NCBI GenBank assembly: GCA_000388065.2
Contig: KB932216.1
DNA length: 23,836 bases
Strand: one strand, 5' to 3'
Source: Fonticula alba ATCC 38817
Lineage: Eukaryota > Protista > Nucleariida
Below the pieces are notes generated by a model. It was not told where the DNA came from. It did not search any database and saw only the letters and a program-made list of their open reading frames with translations. Both the position numbers and the translations under genes were made by a program. Of the stretch, positions 18,357 to 23,836 are shown in pieces; position 1 is the stretch's first letter; each line of letters begins with the position of its first letter.

Positions 18357-21300
18357 CAGGCGGAGGGCTCCCTCGAGGTGACCGGCCTCACTGGCCGCAC
18401 ACTGAAGCTCAACACCGCGTGGAAGATCCCCAACGGTGAGGTTCGCCTGGGTGTCAAGCGTCTGTTTGATATCCTGCCCGAGCCGCTGGTCAAGCGCCTG
18501 CAGTCCGAGCGCGCCACCGAGTGGGAGAACAAGCAGAACACCCTCCTGACCCGGGCGCGTGTGGCTCTCAATGACTTCGAGGCATCCCTGCAGCAGCCGG
18601 CCAACGGCGAAAGCAAGGACGCCCCCCCGTGCCAGGCCTCCAGCCCCCAGGAGCAGGCCCTCCGCCGGGCGGAGCTCACCCAGCGCCTGGCTCTGCTGAA
18701 GGAGCTCCAGTCCCAGTACAAGGACCTGGGCCCGGTGTACGGTGCGTTCGCGGTCGGCGTCGGCGCCCCATCCCGGTGGTCGAGTGCCGCCTTTCTTGCT
18801 GCCTCCGCCGTCCCTCGGCTGACATTGATCCTGCTCCCCCCCCCCCCCCCCCCCCCGCGCGCGCGCGCCAGATGTGGTTACCTTCTTCGATGGCCAGCAC
18901 TGGCGCGCGGCGGTCGACGTCTCGGAGGAGGGCAACCTCACCCAGGCCGAGGCGTACACCAACTTCCGCACTGAGCGCAAGTATGGGCGCTTCTTCGCCG
19001 AGGCCGACCAGATGTCCTACGCCATCAACATCTTCGATGAGGGCCGCGTCACCAACATCGTGACCACCTGCGGCTCGCACGGGTCCCACGTCGCCGGCAT
19101 CATCGGCGCCCACTACCCCAATGACCCGAGCCTCAACGGTGTGGCCCCCGGCTGCCAGATCATCTCGGTCAAGATCGGCGATGATCGCCTCGACTCCACC
19201 GAGACCAACAACGCCCTGGTGCGTGGTCTCTACTACGCGGCCAACAGCGGTGCCCATATGATCAACTTGAGCTACGGCGAGCCGGCGCGCGTCTTCGGCT
19301 CCGGGCGCTTCCACGACATCCTGGCCAAGCTGGTCGAGGAGAAGGTGCGCTTCTTTCTGTCTCCCGGGCCGGCTCCCCCGGCCCCTCCTGTGTGGCTCTC
19401 TGGGGATGCGGCTCGCGGGCCAGGCATCGGGCGAGGGGGCTGCCTTGCTCGCGCTGGCCACCTCCCTGCCGGTCTTTCGGCCCCTCATGCGCGATCCGAT
19501 CTCGCTCGCGCCTGCCCTCCACTCACCTGCCATTCGCACACTGCCCGCCCCTCTGGCACGCCGATGCAGAACATCCTGTTCATCGCGGCCGCCGGCAACT
19601 GCGGCCCTGCTCTGTCGACCCTCGGCGCGCCGGTCACCATTAGCCGGCACATCCTGGCCATTGGGGCCTACCTGGCGCCGTCCTTCGCGGACTCGGCGCA
19701 CTCGTACCTCGACGGCATCGTCGAGACGCCCTACAGCTGGACCTCTCGCGGACCGGCGTGCGTCTCCCACTCGCCCCCCCCCCCCTGTGCCTCATCCCGC
19801 CGACATGTGGCCCAGTGCCATGGGCGGCCCTTTGCTCTCGCCGGCCGGTGCCCCTTTCTCGCTGCTGACAGTTCCCCCTCCTGCTCGGCCCCCCCCCCCC
19901 CCCCCCCCCGCTCGGCCCTGCCAGCCTGGACAACTCCACCGGCATCACGGTCTGCGCCCCGGGCGGCGCGTACGCCGCCGTGCCCACCTGGTGCCTGCAG
20001 AATCGCCAGCTGATGGAGGGCACCTCCATGGCCTCGCCGAATGCCTGCGGTGGGATTGCCCTGCTCCTGAGCCGGCTCCTGGCTCGGGGAATGCCCTACT
20101 CGCATGCGCGCATCCGCCGGGCCATCGAGAACACCGCTCGCAGCGTCAACCGCGGCACCCCGCTCGACTATGGCAGCGGCCTGCTCCAGGTGTGCCGGGC
20201 CTTCGACTACCTGGACAAGTTCCAGGCTCTGCCGGATGAGGACGTCGACTTCCGCGTCATGGTCCCGGATGGCGGCGCCATGGCGCGCGGCATCTACCTG
20301 CGCGAGCCGCATGACACGCTGCACAATCGCCAGCTCGCGGTCCAGGTGCGTCCCCGACCGCTACTCCCATTTGCCCGTGCCTCCCCGCCCCTCTTCCCCT
20401 GCTCGTCCGCTGACTGGTGTCCCCGCTGCATGCCCCGGCGCGCTGTGCCCAGATCCGCCCCCACGTGCGCAACGAGAATGGCAATGTCAGCTCCAACAAC
20501 CGTGTGCGCATCGACCTGGAGCAGAAGCTCCTGCTGTCGGCCACCGCCTCCTGGATCCAATGCCCGGGGCATCTGTTCCTGACGCATGGCGGGCGTGGCT
20601 TCGAGACGCGTGTGGCCTGCGCCCAGCTGGAGCCCGGTCGCGTGCACTACGGCGAGATCCATGCCTTTGACTCGGCACACCCGGAGCGCGGCCCGCTCTT
20701 CCGCGTGCCGGTGACCGTGGTCATGCCGATGCCGGTGCCGGAGGTGGCCCCGGGCCTGCCGCAGACCGGCGTCCTGCCGGCCACCACGGTGACCTTTGCT
20801 CCGGGCGATGTGCACCGGCACTTCATCCGGGTCCCGGATGGCGCAACCTATGTGGATGTCATCCTCCGAGGCAACAATGCCGAGGAGAGCACTCGCTACT
20901 TCGTGCAGATGATGCAGCGCCTGCCGAACATGCACCACCTGAATACCATGCTTCGCAAGTTCATGATCATCGGCTCGGAGCAGGAAACCCGCATCTCGCG
21001 CGCCGTGGCTCCCGGCCACACCCTGGAGCTGGCCCTCTCGCACTACTGGACGTCCACCGGCCGGTCGAGCCTCACCTACGAGGTCCGGTTCCACTCGGTG
21101 GCCCTCCTGGCCGCCGGGTCGGGCATCGCCTCCGATCGGAACATCGCCGGCGGTGCTACCCTGAACATCAGCCCGGCCGAGCACTTTGCTCGAGTCGATG
21201 TGGCCTCGGCCCTGGTGCCGGAGCGTGCCCTGGCCCTGTCGGCCTCCTTCGGCACCGTGCGGCAGTCCCTGCGCCCGGTGTCCCGCAAGGTGGCGGCCCT

Positions 21301-21948
21301 GGGCGAGCGCGAGCGCGTTTGGGATGCCAAGCAGGTCTTCGCCCTGACCGTGGAGTATGCGCTGAAGGTGTCGGCCGAGCAGGCTGGCCTGGGGGCTGTC
21401 ATCGTGCGTGCTCCTTCCGCCCTGTGCATGGGCCTTTTGCCGGCCTCTGTGCCTCGCTTCTCTCCTCCCCCCCCTCTCTCTCTCTGCCCCTATGCTCGTG
21501 CCTTCCGTTGGGTGTCTTCCTGGCCCCTTTCAACTCACCCTGATGGCGTTTCCCCTTGTTCGACTTGCCCGGGCCAGACCTTCCCTGGGTTCTATGATAT
21601 GCTCTACGACCTGCCGGTCGAGTCGCGCCAGTGCTACGTCTACGACTCCCAGAAGCAGAAGGTCCAGTACAGCGACGCGCACACGCCCACTCCGGTCTCC
21701 CTCGCCGAGGGGTCGTACGTGGTGCAGCTGTGCGTGTCGCACGACAAGCTGGACCTGCTGGAGAAGTTCAACGAGTTCCTCTGCCAAGTGGACTTCCGTC
21801 TGAAGGAGCCGGTGTCCGTGTCGGTTTTCAACTCCCCGGACAAGGCGATGACTGGCGAGGGTATGCCGTGCATGCTTGTTCCCCCTCCCCGACGTGTGCC
21901 CCATTCTGACCCACTCCCTGGCTGACTGTGTTCCCCCCTTGTTGTGAT

Positions 21949-21979
<31 letters not shown>

Positions 21980-22577
21980 CTGACCATGCTGCCCGGGATG
22001 CAGGTGCCATCCGCACGCTGGACCTGGTGCCGCGTCGCCGCACGCCGCTGTACGTCCGTGCGCCGGCCCTGTCGGCCCTGCCGAAGGCCGCGTCTCCCGG
22101 CGACCTGCTCATTGGCAAGTGCTCCATCGGCCCGACCGGCAACGAGGACGCCGCCACCGTGGTGGAGCTGTCGTATGCCGTGCCGCCGACCGTGACTCCC
22201 ACGCCGGATGCCCTCGAGGAGCAGCTGTCCCGCGGGAAGCCGGCCGATCCGGCCACCGAGGCCAACAAGAAGATGGTCGACCTGTACAAGTCCGTCCTGG
22301 AGGGCGAGCTGAAGCTGCTGGCTCACTTCCGCGCCGAGAAGGACTGGGCCAAGTTCGATGCGCTCATCAAGACCATGGAGACCGCCTACCAGTCGTTGGA
22401 TGATGCGCTGCACTTCTTCACCATCAAGCTGAAGCTTGCCCAGGCCGACGCCGTTGTGGCTCGCGGCGGTGACGCCCCGGTATGTGGCTCCCCTCCTTCC
22501 CTCCTCTGCCTTGTCGCCTGTGCCTGGTGGCCGGCTTTGCCCCTGTGTCCTGACATGCCGGTCCCGCATTCCGCCCT

Positions 22578-22612
<35 letters not shown>

Positions 22613-23337
22613 CGCCCCCCCCCCACCACAGGACTACAAGAAGTTGCTGGCCGACGCCGGCGAGATCCTGGCCCTGTTCGATGTTCCGGCGCTGGAGCTC
22701 TTCCGCGCCCGGCGCAAGAACGGCGACCTGAAGCCGACGGCCGTCGACGCCGAGGCCGACAAGGCCCTCACCGCCATCCACGCCCTGTATGTGGACGTGC
22801 TCCTCCTCCAGGCGGAGGCCCTGTCCAAGCTTGGTGATGACAAGGTGCGCCGCGGGCTGGCCTCTTTTTCCCATGCTCCTCCCTTCGGGCCCTCCCCCTC
22901 GGCTTCAGGCCGTTGCTGCCCCACCGCTGCTGACGTCTCTCTTGCCCGGGGGATTCGTGCTCCCTGCGCCTGTCTCCCGCCTCGCCGCTGTCTCCCCCCC
23001 CCCCTCACCCACCTACCCCGCTGAACAGGATACTCTGCAGGCTCTTGAGCAGACCCTCGCCCGCCTGGACCAGGCGACCACGGCCAAGGACAACAAGAAG
23101 TACGCCGACAAGCTGGTGCACTTCGAGAATGTGGCTCGCAACCGGCCGGCCATGGCCTTCAGCCTCTTCTCCCAGTCGACCGGCAAGTTCCGCGCCGGGC
23201 AGAACGAGTTCAACCTGCCGAAGGACAGCTACCAGACTCGCATCGAGCTCTTGGAGAAGCTCGGCTGGGACCTGTGGGTGAACTACTTCAAGGCCATCAA
23301 GACTGTCCGCTACCCGCCGGCGTATGAGCTCTTCTAG
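17558..23337 (+). CDS. TPP2: Tripeptidyl-peptidase II, subtilase S8 (about 1334 aa); exons 17558-17671, 17851-18045, 18360-18741, 18872-19344, 19570-19757, 19925-20345, 20453-21403, 21578-21860, 22004-22479, 22632-22844, 23029-23337
   Basis: [25 protein letters not shown] (catalytic Asp 17923), GSHGSHVAG (His 19078), AAAGN oxyanion residue, [12 protein letters not shown] (Ser 20025), both exopeptidase Glu residues (STET 19201, SYGE 19279), and C-terminal [11 protein letters not shown]. All ten intron phases close to a 4005-nt frame. The start codon is uncertain (17558, 17582 or an upstream exon). Confidence 0.95.
18326..18355. repeat. C30 homopolymer at the 3' end of TPP2 intron 2
   Basis: Direct count; many other poly-C/G runs occur in introns and UTRs. 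Confidence 0.9.
21949..21970. repeat. (CT)11 microsatellite in TPP2 intron 8
   Basis: Direct count. Confidence 0.9.
22581..22608. repeat. (CT)14 microsatellite in TPP2 intron 9
   Basis: Direct count. Confidence 0.9.
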
Positions 23338-23659
23338 GAACCGGCAGGGATTGCCCTGGTCCAGCCCGTTCCCGGCCGCCTTTCCGCATGATTGCCGAGT
23401 CTTCCCCGCTGTGAGGGGAGACGCACACCCCCTGCTGCCTGGCTGGCATTTTGGTGCCTCTTGCCTGGGCGGGGGCGCATGTTGCCCTTTTACCAATACA
23501 CCCGTTTCTTGGGCAGCCAGATCCCTCCCCCATTGTTTCGGCCGGGCTCCCGTGGGTCAGGCGCCGAGGCGGATTTGACACACTCGGGCGGTCCCAGTGT
23601 GCTTGAGACCCAAGGGGCAGGGGCTAAATATATCATTTTCCGACCGTATATTATCAATT

Positions 23660-23741
23660 GGCGCTTTGTCCGAGTGGTTAAGGAGCCAGCCTGCTAAGTT
23701 GGTGTGCTCTGCACGCGCGTGTTCGAATCACGCAGGCGTCA
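23660..23741 (+). tRNA. tRNA-Ser-GCT: tRNA-Ser (anticodon GCT), intronless, long variable arm
   Basis: Acceptor stem GGCGCTT/AGGCGTC; D arm TCCG-AGTGGTTA-AGGA; anticodon stem CCAGC/GTTGG with loop CT-GCT-AA (anticodon 23693-23695); variable arm GTGC-TCT-GCAC; T arm GCGTG-TTCGAAT-CACGC. Confidence 0.96.
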
Positions 23742-23746
23742 CATTC

Positions 23747-23752
23747 TTTTTT
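23747..23752 (+). terminator. RNA polymerase III terminator (T6)
   Basis: Run of six T starting 5 nt after the tRNA 3' end. Confidence 0.85.
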
Positions 23753-23836
23753 CAACGGCCGCCCTCTCGACCATCGAGAGCATCCACAATACCTCCGTCA
23801 ACCCGATCGAGACAATTTTTCTTCCTTTTTGTTCAA

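Noticed and set aside
718-23028. Introner elements (GTGCGT starts recall Micromonas introners)
   Set aside because: Intron bodies share no visible similarity beyond splice signals and C/T bias.

Overview
GC-rich, intron-rich eukaryotic genomic window with two scaffold gaps (8096-8935, 14429-14547). The style fits a unicellular opisthokont such as Fonticula, but this is inference only. Six spliced protein genes were rebuilt by hand from GT-AG junctions with consistent phases: a GM130/GOLGA2-like coiled-coil golgin (+, 619-3653), an MCPH1-like tandem-BRCT protein (+, 4517-6661), ERO1 (-, 10104-7208, partly in a gap), SEC62 (-, 14372-13137), prefoldin subunit 3 (-, 16673-15584) and tripeptidyl-peptidase II (+, about 17558-23337). 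A tRNA-Ser(GCT) lies at 23660-23741. I found no CRISPR array, transposon or wholly new multi-gene system; this is mostly housekeeping sequence. The best leads are: a 5' splice-site consensus that never has +4A (GTGCGY dominant); a golgin with a GM130-like motif and a CxxCH C-terminus; a signal-anchored Ero1 with a short regulatory loop; a tRNA-Ser with A73; and an unexplained AT-rich island with a 42-bp-spaced direct repeat at 12241-12400. Homology calls rest on remembered family motifs, not on database searches.
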